Source: Syntrophales bacterium
GTDB lineage: Bacteria; Desulfobacterota; Syntrophia; Syntrophales; UBA2185
Direction: 5' to 3'
NCBI GenBank assembly: GCA_049512055.1
Contig: JBEKXK010000005.1
Coordinates: 2,207 to 66,206 of the forward strand
DNA length: 64,000 bases
Under the pieces are notes generated by a model. It searched no databases. It was given only the letters and a program-made list of their open reading frames with translations, and was not told where the DNA came from. A program made the translations under genes and the position numbers. Each line of letters begins with the position of its first letter. Position 1 is the first letter of the stretch. Positions 9,108 through 18,643 of the stretch are shown here, in pieces.

Positions 9108-10280
9108 TTATTTTTTCTTTTCCTTTTTGGGGGGAATCGCTTGTTCACTCTTCTGAATATAACTGCCGGGATAGTTAATATCGATACGTTTTTTTTTCAT
9201 GTAAGTCAGGGCTTCCTCGCGGTCTGCAAAACGACCGACCAGAATTCTGTATAAAGTTCCGCCGTCTTTCGCACTCATTTCAGTCCAGTAGGCATCAATG
9301 CCTTCATCTTTGAGCACCTTCGTGAACTCTGTAGCCATCTCTATGCCGCGAACAGCCTTGATCTGTATGGCAAATGGCTTCAACGCTTGGGGCTTGACGT
9401 TCTTTAACCTTGCCTTGTTCGATTTGGCAACCTTTATTTCGCGTTTAGCGGCGGTCTTCGCCCCTGCTTTTTGTGAAGGCTCAGGTTTGATTATTTTCTC
9501 CGCGGCAATTTCCTTGGGAGTTCCCGGTGGACTGACAGCAGCGGGACTCTGCTGAGTCTCCGGTTTAACCGCTTCCGCTCCCTTGATTTCTTCGGCAGAC
9601 GTTGCAGCACCGGCATCAGGGCTTTGCACGGCCTCCTGTTTAATTGCTTCGGCTCCAGTGATTTCTTTAGCAATCTTTGTCGCTTTAGCGGTATCCACAC
9701 TCTGTGAAGAGGTCATCTCTCTCGCAATCTGTACGCCTGTCTCATGATTTATATGCGCCCAAATGGCACCGGCTTTCTTGCTGTTCATGCGCAACATGAT
9801 TTCAGCCGCCATTCTCCTATCCATCTTTTCGAATATGGCTGCCGCTTTTTCAGGAGGAGCGCCTTCGTATAGTCTTGCCAGCGACTGATATTTCTTGTCT
9901 CTCTCACCCTTTTGACTCTCCATTGTCGGCGACATTCTTTCCTCGAGAACCCTGAGGGCCTCCATTTTTTCGGCTACATCCTTTTTCAATGCCTCGATCT
10001 TTAGTTCTTCCTCTTTTAACGCCTTCTCTCGGTTGTCGAGTTCTTTCTGCTTTTCCATTAAATTATGCATGAGATTGCTCTCCTGCACAGATGGAACCTT
10101 GGTCTCTTCTCTGGGGGCTGCAGCCTCACTCGGACGAGACTGCGCAAGCACGGGGGCGACAAACCACAAAGACTGGTCGGGGTGACCCATATTCTTTACC
10201 GCGGCACTCATATAGAAAAACACGAAAATAATGATAGATACACAGAATTTTCTGCTGCAGAAATTGACCGATCTTCCCAT
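9108..10280 (-). CDS. membrane-anchored MotE/MgtE_N-like coiled-coil protein with C-terminal SPOR domain
   Basis: The ORF track gives 9108..10358. I prefer the ATG at 10280 (MGRSVNF...) because AGGA lies about 8 nt upstream and a TM segment follows directly (FCVSIIIFVFFYMSAAV). The middle region is MotE/MgtE_N-like (LYEGAPPEKAAAIFEKMDRRMAAEIMLRMNSKKAGAIW). An A/E/K/P-rich tandem repeat follows. The C-terminus is SPOR-like (FAIQIKAVRGIEMATEFTKVLKDEGIDAYWTEM...YRILVGRFADREEALTY). Confidence 0.65.
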   Translation of the reverse strand: MGRSVNFCSRKFCVSIIIFVFFYMSAAVKNMGHPDQSLWFVAPVLAQSRPSEAAAPREETKVPSVQESNLMHNLMEKQKELDNREKALKEEELKIEALKKDVAEKMEALRVLEERMSPTMESQKGERDKKYQSLARLYEGAPPEKAAAIFEKMDRRMAAEIMLRMNSKKAGAIWAHINHETGVQIAREMTSSQSVDTAKATKIAKEITGAEAIKQEAVQSPDAGAATSAEEIKGAEAVKPETQQSPAAVSPPGTPKEIAAEKIIKPEPSQKAGAKTAAKREIKVAKSNKARLKNVKPQALKPFAIQIKAVRGIEMATEFTKVLKDEGIDAYWTEMSAKDGGTLYRILVGRFADREEALTYMKKKRIDINYPGSYIQKSEQAIPPKKEKKK

Positions 10281-10466
10281 TTTCGTTCCTTTTTCCCTGT
10301 TACCTCCAGGAAAAGTTTCCATAAGTTTGCTCATACAGGATTTCATCGGCGTAATCAACGATTTTTCTTGCCTCTTTACTGCGACAGACTAATGATGTCG
10401 TCTTATCGAGTACTGCCGGATGGTAAAAAGACTTCGGTCACGAATGCTCCTCATCAGTATTTTGCC

Positions 10467-10495
10467 TTGACAACTTTTATGTAACTCATTATGAA
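10467..10495 (+). promoter_or_regulatory. candidate sigma-70 promoter upstream of the 10666 gene
   Basis: TTGACA (10467-10472), a 17-nt spacer, then TATGAA (10490-10495). It sits about 170 nt upstream of the ATG at 10666. Sequence pattern only. Confidence 0.3.
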
Positions 10496-10665
10496 TATGC
10501 ATAAATAGATATACCGGATGCATGACTGATGCCTTAAAATCTCGTTTTATTCGCGTCCAAGATGCTTCAATTTTTCCGCATGAAGAGGGAACAGGATGCT
10601 GCAAAAAGGAATCTTGATTCCCGGCAGGCGGACTTAGAAGAACTTCTATGTGAAACCTCTCTTAA

Positions 10666-11298
10666 ATGCACGTAGACAAACGACAGAAGAAGTTTACCAT
10701 TATTATAATCCAAGACGAGAGACGACTGTGTTCCTTCAAGCTGCCGATGAACTTCTTAACAATCTGCCTTGTAACAGTCATTGGCCTATGCATTATCTCC
10801 TTCGCCGCAGTTCTCCTCCACAACCGTATGGGGGGGATCAAAGAAGAACTCACAGCTAATATTGGAACCCATGTTAAACCCCCGGATACAGGAAAGAGCG
10901 CGGTATCAGCCGACGCGGAAACGGCAATCGCCGTTACACAGTCTTACAACTTGTCTATAGAAAATTTCGAAGCCAACTTCGACCTTTCAAGAAAATTATT
11001 CCGCTATGCGTTTCTCCTGAAAAACAAGACTTCGAAAAATGCCCCGGCGTCGGGCTATATTTTCCTCATTCTGAAATCGGATGGATCGGGAGCAGAACGT
11101 TGGCTCGCTGATCCCCAAACGAATCTGTCCAATGGCGTCCCGCAGAATTTCAGGGATGGCGACCCCTTTTCCATCACCAGACATAAAGTCATAGCGAAGG
11201 ACATCCCCATACAACATGTTTATGATTCCGCCTCAATATTTGTCTTTTCAGACGACGGCAAACTTGTATTAAGGGAGATTTACAATTTGAAGACCTGA
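10666..11298 (+). CDS. single-pass membrane protein with an M23-peptidase-like N-terminus but no peptidase domain
   Basis: 210 aa. The N-terminus (KKFTIIIIQDERRLCSFKLPMNFLTICLVTVIGLCIISFAAVLL) resembles the N-terminal anchor common in M23/LytM-family proteins. The remaining roughly 150 aa contain no HxxxD/HxH metallopeptidase motifs. Confidence 0.5.
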   Translation: MHVDKRQKKFTIIIIQDERRLCSFKLPMNFLTICLVTVIGLCIISFAAVLLHNRMGGIKEELTANIGTHVKPPDTGKSAVSADAETAIAVTQSYNLSIENFEANFDLSRKLFRYAFLLKNKTSKNAPASGYIFLILKSDGSGAERWLADPQTNLSNGVPQNFRDGDPFSITRHKVIAKDIPIQHVYDSASIFVFSDDGKLVLREIYNLKT

Positions 11299-11329
11299 CG
11301 AGAGAAAAAGTTGAGGGGAACATCTGAAG

Positions 11330-11698
11330 GTGAAACCAAGAAACAACAGTATTTCTATAGTAACCAGAGATTGCAAAATTGAGGGGATTCTGCATTTCAG
11401 AGGGCATCTAATTGTCGAAGGAATCATAGAAGGGACGCTCCTTGCGGAAACTGTTTTCACGGAGAAAGATAGCAATGTTACAGCGAAGATAAGCGCAACT
11501 TCCCTGACCATAGCGGGATATTTCGAAGGGGATATTGAAGTCACAGGCACACTTACGCTTATGAAATCTGCGAATGTAAGAGGTAATATCAGATGCCGCA
11601 ACTTGGTCATTGATGAAGGCGGAATCATAAATGGCAGCGTCAAATTTATTTCAGCAGAAACTCCCCAGAGCGCCCCAATTGATCCACGATATTCTTAA
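11330..11698 (+). CDS. bactofilin (polymer-forming cytoskeletal protein, DUF583)
   Basis: 122 aa with a GTG start and GAGGGG upstream. It shows the repetitive beta-helix pattern IEGILHFRGHLIVEGIIEGTL...ATSLTIAGYFEGDIEVTGTLTLMKSANVRGNIRCRNLVIDEGGIINGSV. Confidence 0.85.
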   Translation: MKPRNNSISIVTRDCKIEGILHFRGHLIVEGIIEGTLLAETVFTEKDSNVTAKISATSLTIAGYFEGDIEVTGTLTLMKSANVRGNIRCRNLVIDEGGIINGSVKFISAETPQSAPIDPRYS

Positions 11699-12074
11699 CG
11701 CCACAGCCCCGATAACCTCCGCATAAACATAGACCCGGATAAAATAAAGGACAGCTTCATAAGAGAACCGGAGAGGGCTGCACAGGTTCATAAGAGCGAA
11801 TTATGCATGGACACGATCTGGGTCCATAGGCAATGCTGGCTGTTCTATCGTTACTTTTTTGCAAAGGCGGTGCAGTCGAGCCTTCCGGGCACCCATATCT
11901 CTTGCTTTTCGTAAGAAGCCTCCGCTATGAGACCGGTCCTCTTGAAAGGCTCGTCATGCATCCGCTTTTACGGGGTATTCTAAAAAGTTATGGATAAATG
12001 AATAAGAATAGTGCTATCGTGGATTTAATAATTATCTGATGCGGACTGAATCAATGTCAGCAGTGGAGGATTGA

Positions 12075-13382
12075 ATGAAAAACTTTTTCCCCAAGAAAGT
12101 GCTTTTGTCCCTGTGCCTGCTTGCCTGCATTCTCCTGCTTGGCCTTCAGGGAGATTCGCAAGTTTCAGCTGCACTGGAAAGAAGCATATACAAGAATCTC
12201 AAGACTTTCAATGAAGTGCTCGACATGGTGCAGAAGAACTACGTCGAGGATGTGGATTCAAAAAAACTGTTGGAGGGGGCAATCAATGGAATGATGAAGT
12301 CCCTGGATCCACACAGTACCTATATGACCGCCGAAATGTACAAAGATCTCGAGGTGGAAACGCGCGGAAGTTTTGGCGGCATCGGTATTGAAATCACTAT
12401 AAAGAAAGATATCCTGACGGTTGTTTCCCCTATTGAGGACACTCCGGCCTACAACGCAGGCATCAAGGCGGGTGACCATATAATACAGATTGACGGGAAA
12501 TCAACGAAGGACATTACTATAATGGAGGCGGTTAAGAAACTGCGGGGGCCGAAAGACTCGAAGGTTACCGTTACCATTATGCGGGAGGATATGACCAAGC
12601 CAAAGGATTTTGTGATAACCCGCAGCATCATCAAGATAAAGAGCGTCAAATCCAAGATCTACGATGAACACATCGCTTATATCCGTGTGTCTTCATTCCA
12701 GGAAAGAACAGCGGATGATTTGAAGAAAGTACTAAGGGATATCAAAGCGAAAAATGGTGTTCTTGAAGGTATTATCCTGGACCTCAGGAATAACCCCGGC
12801 GGCTTGCTAAATCAGGCGGTGGCAGTCGCCGATGTTTTCCTGAAATCGGGAGTCATCGTCACAACTAAGGGAAGGACAAGGAATATGGAAACGAAATCGG
12901 TCGCGAAAGACGATGGTGACGAGCCGATGTGTCCTATCATTGCTTTAGTAAATGAGGGCACGGCCAGTGCCGCTGAGATCGTGTCAGGAGCGCTGCAAGA
13001 CAATGGGAGGGCATTAGTACTTGGCACCCAGACCTTCGGGAAAGGATCGGTACAGACTGTTATCCCGCTTGAGGACGGGTCTGCCCTGAAGCTGACCACG
13101 GCGAAATACTATACGCCGAGTGGGCGATCGATACAGGCCGAGGGAATAAAACCGGATGTCATTGTAAAATATATCAGACCTCCTGAGGACAAAGAGATGA
13201 CGGATGATTTCATCAGGGAACGAGACCTCAAAGGGCACATAAAGCCGAAAAAAGAAAATGATACAAACAAAGATGAAGGTGCAAAGAAAGAGCAAGACAA
13301 TTTAATGCAGGATAATCAGCTAAAGAGCGCCTTGGACATCATAAAAAGCTGGGATATAATGAAAAAGAATTTGAAGAGCTGA
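12075..13382 (+). CDS. carboxy-terminal processing protease (peptidase S41, Ctp)
   Basis: 435 aa with a signal peptide. PDZ region (FGGIGIEI...GDHIIQIDG). S41 motifs GIILDLRNNPGGLL, LVNEGTASAAEI and GTQTFGKGSVQ. Confidence 0.92.
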   Translation: MKNFFPKKVLLSLCLLACILLLGLQGDSQVSAALERSIYKNLKTFNEVLDMVQKNYVEDVDSKKLLEGAINGMMKSLDPHSTYMTAEMYKDLEVETRGSFGGIGIEITIKKDILTVVSPIEDTPAYNAGIKAGDHIIQIDGKSTKDITIMEAVKKLRGPKDSKVTVTIMREDMTKPKDFVITRSIIKIKSVKSKIYDEHIAYIRVSSFQERTADDLKKVLRDIKAKNGVLEGIILDLRNNPGGLLNQAVAVADVFLKSGVIVTTKGRTRNMETKSVAKDDGDEPMCPIIALVNEGTASAAEIVSGALQDNGRALVLGTQTFGKGSVQTVIPLEDGSALKLTTAKYYTPSGRSIQAEGIKPDVIVKYIRPPEDKEMTDDFIRERDLKGHIKPKKENDTNKDEGAKKEQDNLMQDNQLKSALDIIKSWDIMKKNLKS

Positions 13383-13390
13383 CTTAGAGC

Positions 13391-14308
13391 GTGACCCGGC
13401 GGAAGTTTATAATGAAGAAGAGGCGAAAAGGTGGCTGGACGGTATTTGTCATAATCTCAGCGATAGTCATTTCTGTCATGGCGCTATACATGTACCATGC
13501 CGGGAACCAGGAGGTGAAAGAGACAAAATATACTCCGAGAATTGAGCCAAGGAATGCTCTCCCGGAAATGCATATACGAGACTCACAGGAGAAATACGGG
13601 ACGGACAGCACTGTCCCTAAAGATAAAATTAGCCAAGCGAGAAAAAGGGTCGCCATTCTCATAGACGACATTGGTTATGATCTTTCACCGCTCTATGAAC
13701 TTCTTAAGATTGATGCCTCCCTGACCTTTGCCGTTCTTCCGCACTATGCACATTCAGTCGATGCGGCAAATATTTTGCACAGGGCAAAGAGAGAAATTCT
13801 TCTCCACCTCCCGATGGAACCTCATACCTTCCCGGATGAAAATCCGGGGACGGGAGCCCTTCTTACGAGCATGAGTGATCGGCAAATCGAGGAAGAGGTT
13901 GATAAAGATCTTGATGCAATTCCCCATCTGTCAGGTGTAAACAATCATATGGGATCGAAGTTCATGGAGGACGAAGCGAAGCTGAATATCGTATTTAGAG
14001 AACTTAAGAAAAGGAATCTTTTTTTTGTCGACAGCCGGACGACCCCTCTGTCCAAGGGTCAGGAAATAGCGAGGAAGTTAGGGCTTCGCTTTGTCTCAAG
14101 AAAAATATTTATTGATAATGACCATGACTACATGACGATTTTTCGAAACTTGACAACCCAGATCGACGGGGAATTTGCCCATAGATCAGAAGCAGTCGTA
14201 ATGATAGGACATCCCCACCTGAAAACCATTCAGGCTCTCAAGGAGGCAATACCGGTCTTAAAAGCTCGCGGCATCGATATCGTTCCCGTATCCATGCTCG
14301 TTCAATGA
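13391..14308 (+). CDS. divergent polysaccharide deacetylase family protein (YibQ-like)
   Basis: 305 aa with an N-terminal TM segment. Motifs VAILIDDIGYD, FAVLPH, LLHLPMEP and NNHMGSKF. The GTG start at 13391 is uncertain, and an alternative ATG lies at 13412. Confidence 0.8.
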   Translation: MTRRKFIMKKRRKGGWTVFVIISAIVISVMALYMYHAGNQEVKETKYTPRIEPRNALPEMHIRDSQEKYGTDSTVPKDKISQARKRVAILIDDIGYDLSPLYELLKIDASLTFAVLPHYAHSVDAANILHRAKREILLHLPMEPHTFPDENPGTGALLTSMSDRQIEEEVDKDLDAIPHLSGVNNHMGSKFMEDEAKLNIVFRELKKRNLFFVDSRTTPLSKGQEIARKLGLRFVSRKIFIDNDHDYMTIFRNLTTQIDGEFAHRSEAVVMIGHPHLKTIQALKEAIPVLKARGIDIVPVSMLVQ

Positions 14309-14373
14309 TCTTCAAAAAACCGGTAGTTGTTTCTTTACAGACGTGTGGGTTGTTTGGAGATAATTGAGACAGT

Positions 14374-16101
14374 ATGAATCTATATAATATGCGAAATTAT
14401 TTGTACAACAAATATCTTCTGATCCTGATCTTATGCTGCCTTGCCGGATGTGCATCTCCGCCTGTGAAAGGCAGCATTTCAGCCGTCTCGGAGGGCACGG
14501 AGCGACCGTCATTCGATTCGACGTACCATTATTCGCTCGGCGTGTTGCATCTCCTTGATGACAACCTTGACGGAGCCATAGAGGAATATGAAAAGGCTCT
14601 GAGCCTCGACCCTCAATCCTCCTACCTCAAGACAGAGCTCATATCCGTATATATCGAACGAGGCGAGATACAAAAGGCCATCGCTCTCAGCAAGGAATAT
14701 CTCGCAGAACATCCGAATAATGTAAACGCCCATCTTCTCTTGGGAGGGCTGTATCTGAACAGGAAGGATTATAAGAACGCCGTAGGAGAATATGAAAAGG
14801 TTATTGAGCTGGATCCGACCAACACATTTTCCCGCATATACTTAGGCACCATCTATGCGGAAACCAAGAACTACAAGAAGGCCTTGAAGATTTTCCAAGA
14901 CCTAATCAAAACCAGTCCGGACCATCTCACCGGCAACTACTATCTGGCAAAGATATTAACGGATATGAAACGCTATGAGGAAGCTGAACAAAGCTTCAAG
15001 AAGACTCTGGCCATAAAACCCTCCTTTGAACCGGCGTTGATTGATTTAGGACTCCTCTACGAAAAGGAAAAGAAGACTGATCAGGCGATAGAATTGTATA
15101 GAAGTTTTATTGATCTCTATCCGCCGGGCACAAACGTAAGGATAAAACTGGGAGAAATTTTTCTCAGGGAGCACAAACTAGACGATGCAGAGAGGGAATT
15201 CAAGCAAATTCTGGATTTAGATCCCGGCAACAGAGAAGCGCGACTGGAGCTCGGCCTCCTTTACCTCGAAAAGGGCAGGCTTGACGATGCCATTGGCGAG
15301 TTTACCGTTTTGCTGGATGGGAATCCGAATGACCAGAGAGCCAGATATCTGCTCGCCTCAACGTATGAAGAGAAGAGGATGCACGGCAAGGCGATTGAAG
15401 ATTTTAAAATGATCCCCCCGGATTCAGAACTTTACGGAAACGCGCAGATTAATATAGGGCTCATCCTGAAAAAGGAAGGTAAGATCGCTGAGGCCATAGA
15501 ATTAATGGAAAGAGCCATTCGTAATAATAGAGATATGCCGGGGCTCTATGTTTATCTCTCCTCCCTATATGAAGAGGATAAAAAATTATCGTCTGCCGAG
15601 GGAATATTAAATGAAGGCCTTTCTGCATTGCCTGAGAGCATTGACCTTCATTATAGCCTCGGCGTCCTCTATGAGAAGACAAACCGCTTTCATGAGAGTA
15701 TCAATGAAATGGAGTCGGTTCTGAAAATCGACCCGGAGAATGCAGATGTGCTCAACTTCATAGGTTATACGTTTGCGGACAGGGGCATCCGTCTTGATGA
15801 AGCTGAGAAGATGATCAAGAAGGCCCTCACGTTGAAGCCCGGGAATGTTTACATGATTGACAGCCTAGGCTGGGTATATTTCCGACAAAACAGAATGGAC
15901 CTGGCCATAAAATACCTGAAAGAAGCAGCGGATGGCCTGCCTAATGATCCCACTATCGCTGAACACTTGGGAGACGCCTATACAAAGGCAGGCAAGGTAA
16001 GTGAAGCAGTCGAAGTATACAGACAGGCATTGAAATTAAACCCTGCCAATGGCGATCTGCAAAAAAAGCTCAGTGAGCTCATCAAAGGGAAAAAACCCTG
16101 A
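14374..16101 (+). CDS. TPR-repeat lipoprotein
   Basis: 575 aa with a lipobox (LAGC|A). At least 10 canonical TPR units (e.g. AIEEYEKALSLDPQSSY, AVGEYEKVIELDPTNTF, AVEVYRQALKLNPANG). Confidence 0.8.
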   Translation: MNLYNMRNYLYNKYLLILILCCLAGCASPPVKGSISAVSEGTERPSFDSTYHYSLGVLHLLDDNLDGAIEEYEKALSLDPQSSYLKTELISVYIERGEIQKAIALSKEYLAEHPNNVNAHLLLGGLYLNRKDYKNAVGEYEKVIELDPTNTFSRIYLGTIYAETKNYKKALKIFQDLIKTSPDHLTGNYYLAKILTDMKRYEEAEQSFKKTLAIKPSFEPALIDLGLLYEKEKKTDQAIELYRSFIDLYPPGTNVRIKLGEIFLREHKLDDAEREFKQILDLDPGNREARLELGLLYLEKGRLDDAIGEFTVLLDGNPNDQRARYLLASTYEEKRMHGKAIEDFKMIPPDSELYGNAQINIGLILKKEGKIAEAIELMERAIRNNRDMPGLYVYLSSLYEEDKKLSSAEGILNEGLSALPESIDLHYSLGVLYEKTNRFHESINEMESVLKIDPENADVLNFIGYTFADRGIRLDEAEKMIKKALTLKPGNVYMIDSLGWVYFRQNRMDLAIKYLKEAADGLPNDPTIAEHLGDAYTKAGKVSEAVEVYRQALKLNPANGDLQKKLSELIKGKKP

Positions 16102-16919
16102 TGCAGAAAGGATTGCCGTCGTTTTTTTTCATCCTGTCCGTCTTGCTCATTTTTTCCGCATGTGCCGTAACCAAAATACAGAAGATCAGCACAGTCTCCA
16201 AACAGAGTTTCTCCTCCCCCCTCGTTGTTCTGGAAAAAATCGACTCGGACAATCAATTCAAAGATGGCGTTAGAGCCATTGCGCGTATCGAAGTCAATAC
16301 TCCTGATGGCCGTTATCCCCTGAAAGCGGCTTTAGTACTGAAGCAGCCGTCCTCATTGAGATTAGAATCAATACCTATCATAGGTCCAGCAGATCTTTTC
16401 TTGACCGTCCATGAGAATGTCCTGAAAGTTTTTGTGCCACAGAAGGGAAAATTCTATATAGGGAAAGCAACGACAAGAAATCTGGCGCATTTTCTTCCTG
16501 TTGCAGCAACAGCGCTCAGGATAGAAGACATGACGTCTATCCTGCTGGGCATGCGTCCTGAGATAAGAGGAGAAACCATTACCTTGGACGGTTCTTCCGA
16601 TGGGGGCCTCTACAGAATTGATATCTTTTCTGAAAACAGAAAAATTCAATCTCTCTGGGTGGATCCGGAGGAGGATCACCTCGTCAGAGTCGATTTATTT
16701 ACAGGCGACAGCTCCCGATTGTTCAGCGCCCGATTCATCGGGCGGGACCGCATAGAAAATATGACCCTACCCGAGAATGTTACGATTGCATATGGAGATA
16801 ATGATAAGCCCGATATTATCATTCGCTATGTTGATATCGGGCCTGCGACGGGAATTGATGCGACGATCTTTGATCTCAAGCCCCCTCCCGGAATCATACC
16901 TATTCCCCTGGATCGATGA
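16101..16919 (+). CDS. LolB-like outer-membrane lipoprotein (DUF4292-like)
   Basis: 272 aa with a lipobox (FSAC|A). The start overlaps the upstream stop (TGATG). The segment GVRAIARIEVNTPDGRYPLKAALVLKQPSSLRLE is typical of the LolB/DUF4292 fold. Confidence 0.6.
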   Translation: MQKGLPSFFFILSVLLIFSACAVTKIQKISTVSKQSFSSPLVVLEKIDSDNQFKDGVRAIARIEVNTPDGRYPLKAALVLKQPSSLRLESIPIIGPADLFLTVHENVLKVFVPQKGKFYIGKATTRNLAHFLPVAATALRIEDMTSILLGMRPEIRGETITLDGSSDGGLYRIDIFSENRKIQSLWVDPEEDHLVRVDLFTGDSSRLFSARFIGRDRIENMTLPENVTIAYGDNDKPDIIIRYVDIGPATGIDATIFDLKPPPGIIPIPLDR

Positions 16920-16959
16920 AATAGATATGACAAGAAGGGGTTAATTCTTTACTGTTCCT

Positions 16960-17751
16960 TTACTTAATTTCTACCAGTTTTGCCCTTGCTATCCTTGCCT
17001 GGTTGGTGTTGGGATATTCTTTTATTATCTGCTGCAGAATCAGCCTTGCACTCGCTTTGTCGCCGAGATTCAAGAAAGAAAGCCCCTGCTTCAACAGGGC
17101 GTATGGAACCTTACTGCCTTTGGGATAGTTCTTGACCACCTTCTCATATTCGAGTATGGCTTTTTCATATTTTTTCTCGAAATAAAAACTTTCCCCTATC
17201 CAGAATTGGGCATTATCAGAATACTCCGAGTCGGGGTACTGCTTCAGGAAATTCTGAAACTCTCCTCTGGCTTTTTCATACTTTCCCTCCTTAAAAGTTT
17301 CATAGGCCAATGCATATGCCGATTCCTTGTCCGTTTTCCCTTTTATGACATTTTTCGCAGCGATCTTTCCTGCTTTATCACCCTCCAAGTGGTTTTCTCT
17401 CTTTCCAATTTCAAGAAAGTCTTCTATAAAATTTATTTTTAAGGATATATTATCAAACTTTTCCCTCAATGACGTTATATCTTTTCTTAATCCTTCAGTT
17501 ACACCTTTCAGACTTTGGATACTATCTCTCAGTTCAGTAATGTCTGCGCGCATTTCTGCCTGGCTCTTTTGTAAAGATGCCTGCGTCTCTTTAATCTTCG
17601 CAATATCTTTTCGGATGCCTGCATCTTCCTCTTTTAAGGCCGAGACCTGCCTGTCAAAATCCCCATGAACGCGCTGCAGATCTTTGGTCGTTGCACAACC
17701 TACGGCGCAGATTAGAAATGCGAGTATAAGTAAGGATATGATTCTGTTCAA
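16960..17751 (-). CDS. cpoB: Tol-Pal system protein CpoB/YbgF
   Basis: 263 aa with a lipobox-like signal (AVGC), an N-terminal coiled coil and a C-terminal TPR region (YPDSEYSDNAQFWIGESFY...YPKGSKVPYALLKQGLSF...YPNTNQA). It is the last gene of the tol-pal cluster. Confidence 0.85.
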   Translation of the reverse strand: MNRIISLLILAFLICAVGCATTKDLQRVHGDFDRQVSALKEEDAGIRKDIAKIKETQASLQKSQAEMRADITELRDSIQSLKGVTEGLRKDITSLREKFDNISLKINFIEDFLEIGKRENHLEGDKAGKIAAKNVIKGKTDKESAYALAYETFKEGKYEKARGEFQNFLKQYPDSEYSDNAQFWIGESFYFEKKYEKAILEYEKVVKNYPKGSKVPYALLKQGLSFLNLGDKASARLILQQIIKEYPNTNQARIARAKLVEIK

Positions 17752-17778
17752 GCGTTACACCTCCCCATCATAACCCTA

Positions 17779-18351
17779 CTATTTGGATGTGACGACAAAG
17801 TGATCTCTCCTGTTTTTTGCCCAAGCTTCTTCCGTATGCCCGGGATCCAAGGGTCTTTCTTTGCCATAACTGATCGTTTTTATTCTCTTGCCATCGATCC
17901 CAAGCTCAACGAGGTATTTCATGGCCTCCTTGGCGCGTCTTTCTCCCAAGGCAAGGTTATATTCAGTCGTTCCCCTTTCATCACAGTTGCCTTCAATGAG
18001 AACAATGTTATTCTTGTTATTGGTCAGCCATTCCGCAAGCTGTTTGAGAGTGTCCCTGCCTTCTGGTTTAAGATTGAATTTGTCAAAATCAAAAAGCACA
18101 TTCTTGAATGTCATTGCTTCCGTTGCAGCAGCAGCCTTTGCCTCTGCTTCAGGGGCTACCTTTGCTTCCGCTTCTTTCGCCGGTGCCGGCGGTTCTTCCT
18201 GCTTGGCAGCCGTTTTCTCGGCAGCACCCTTCTCTTCAGCCGAAATTGCCTGATCTTTTACTGCGGATTTTTTTGCGCATCCTGTCATAACCATAATCGA
18301 AAGGCACACTATCAACCCGATAATCCCTATTATTGCAAGACTCCTCTTCAT
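17779..18351 (-). CDS. pal: peptidoglycan-associated lipoprotein Pal (OmpA family)
   Basis: 190 aa with a lipobox (MTGC|A), an A/E/K/P-rich linker and an OmpA-like domain (VLFDFDKFNLKPE...IEGNCDERGTTEYNLALGERRA). Confidence 0.92.
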   Translation of the reverse strand: MKRSLAIIGIIGLIVCLSIMVMTGCAKKSAVKDQAISAEEKGAAEKTAAKQEEPPAPAKEAEAKVAPEAEAKAAAATEAMTFKNVLFDFDKFNLKPEGRDTLKQLAEWLTNNKNNIVLIEGNCDERGTTEYNLALGERRAKEAMKYLVELGIDGKRIKTISYGKERPLDPGHTEEAWAKNRRDHFVVTSK

Positions 18352-18643
18352 TGTATTCTCTCCTCTCTTGGTTGGCTTAAGGAAATTGGTAACTTGCCGA
18401 TTTGAAGTCTTCTAAACCACAATCCATCCCAAAGGTCAACCACAAAAATTTGAATTTCTGCCATCTCTGCCCTATACAAATTGTTCAGTATGCATCCGGC
18501 CTGTCTATTCACAAGCTTTTCCATATCATTACGAAGGATTACCGGATAAGATAAACCACAAGCATGCGGTAATAGGTCATAAACGGTTAAATGGCAGACA
18601 GCGCATTCCCGACATATGCTCTGACAAACTTATTCTTTGAAGA

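Noticed and set aside
18352-18643. A 292-bp gap between tolB and pal, which are usually tightly linked.
   Set aside because: It contains only a weak TTGACC-N17-TTTAGA promoter-like pattern, with no ORF and no clear structure. It is most simply an internal pal promoter region and not clearly unusual.
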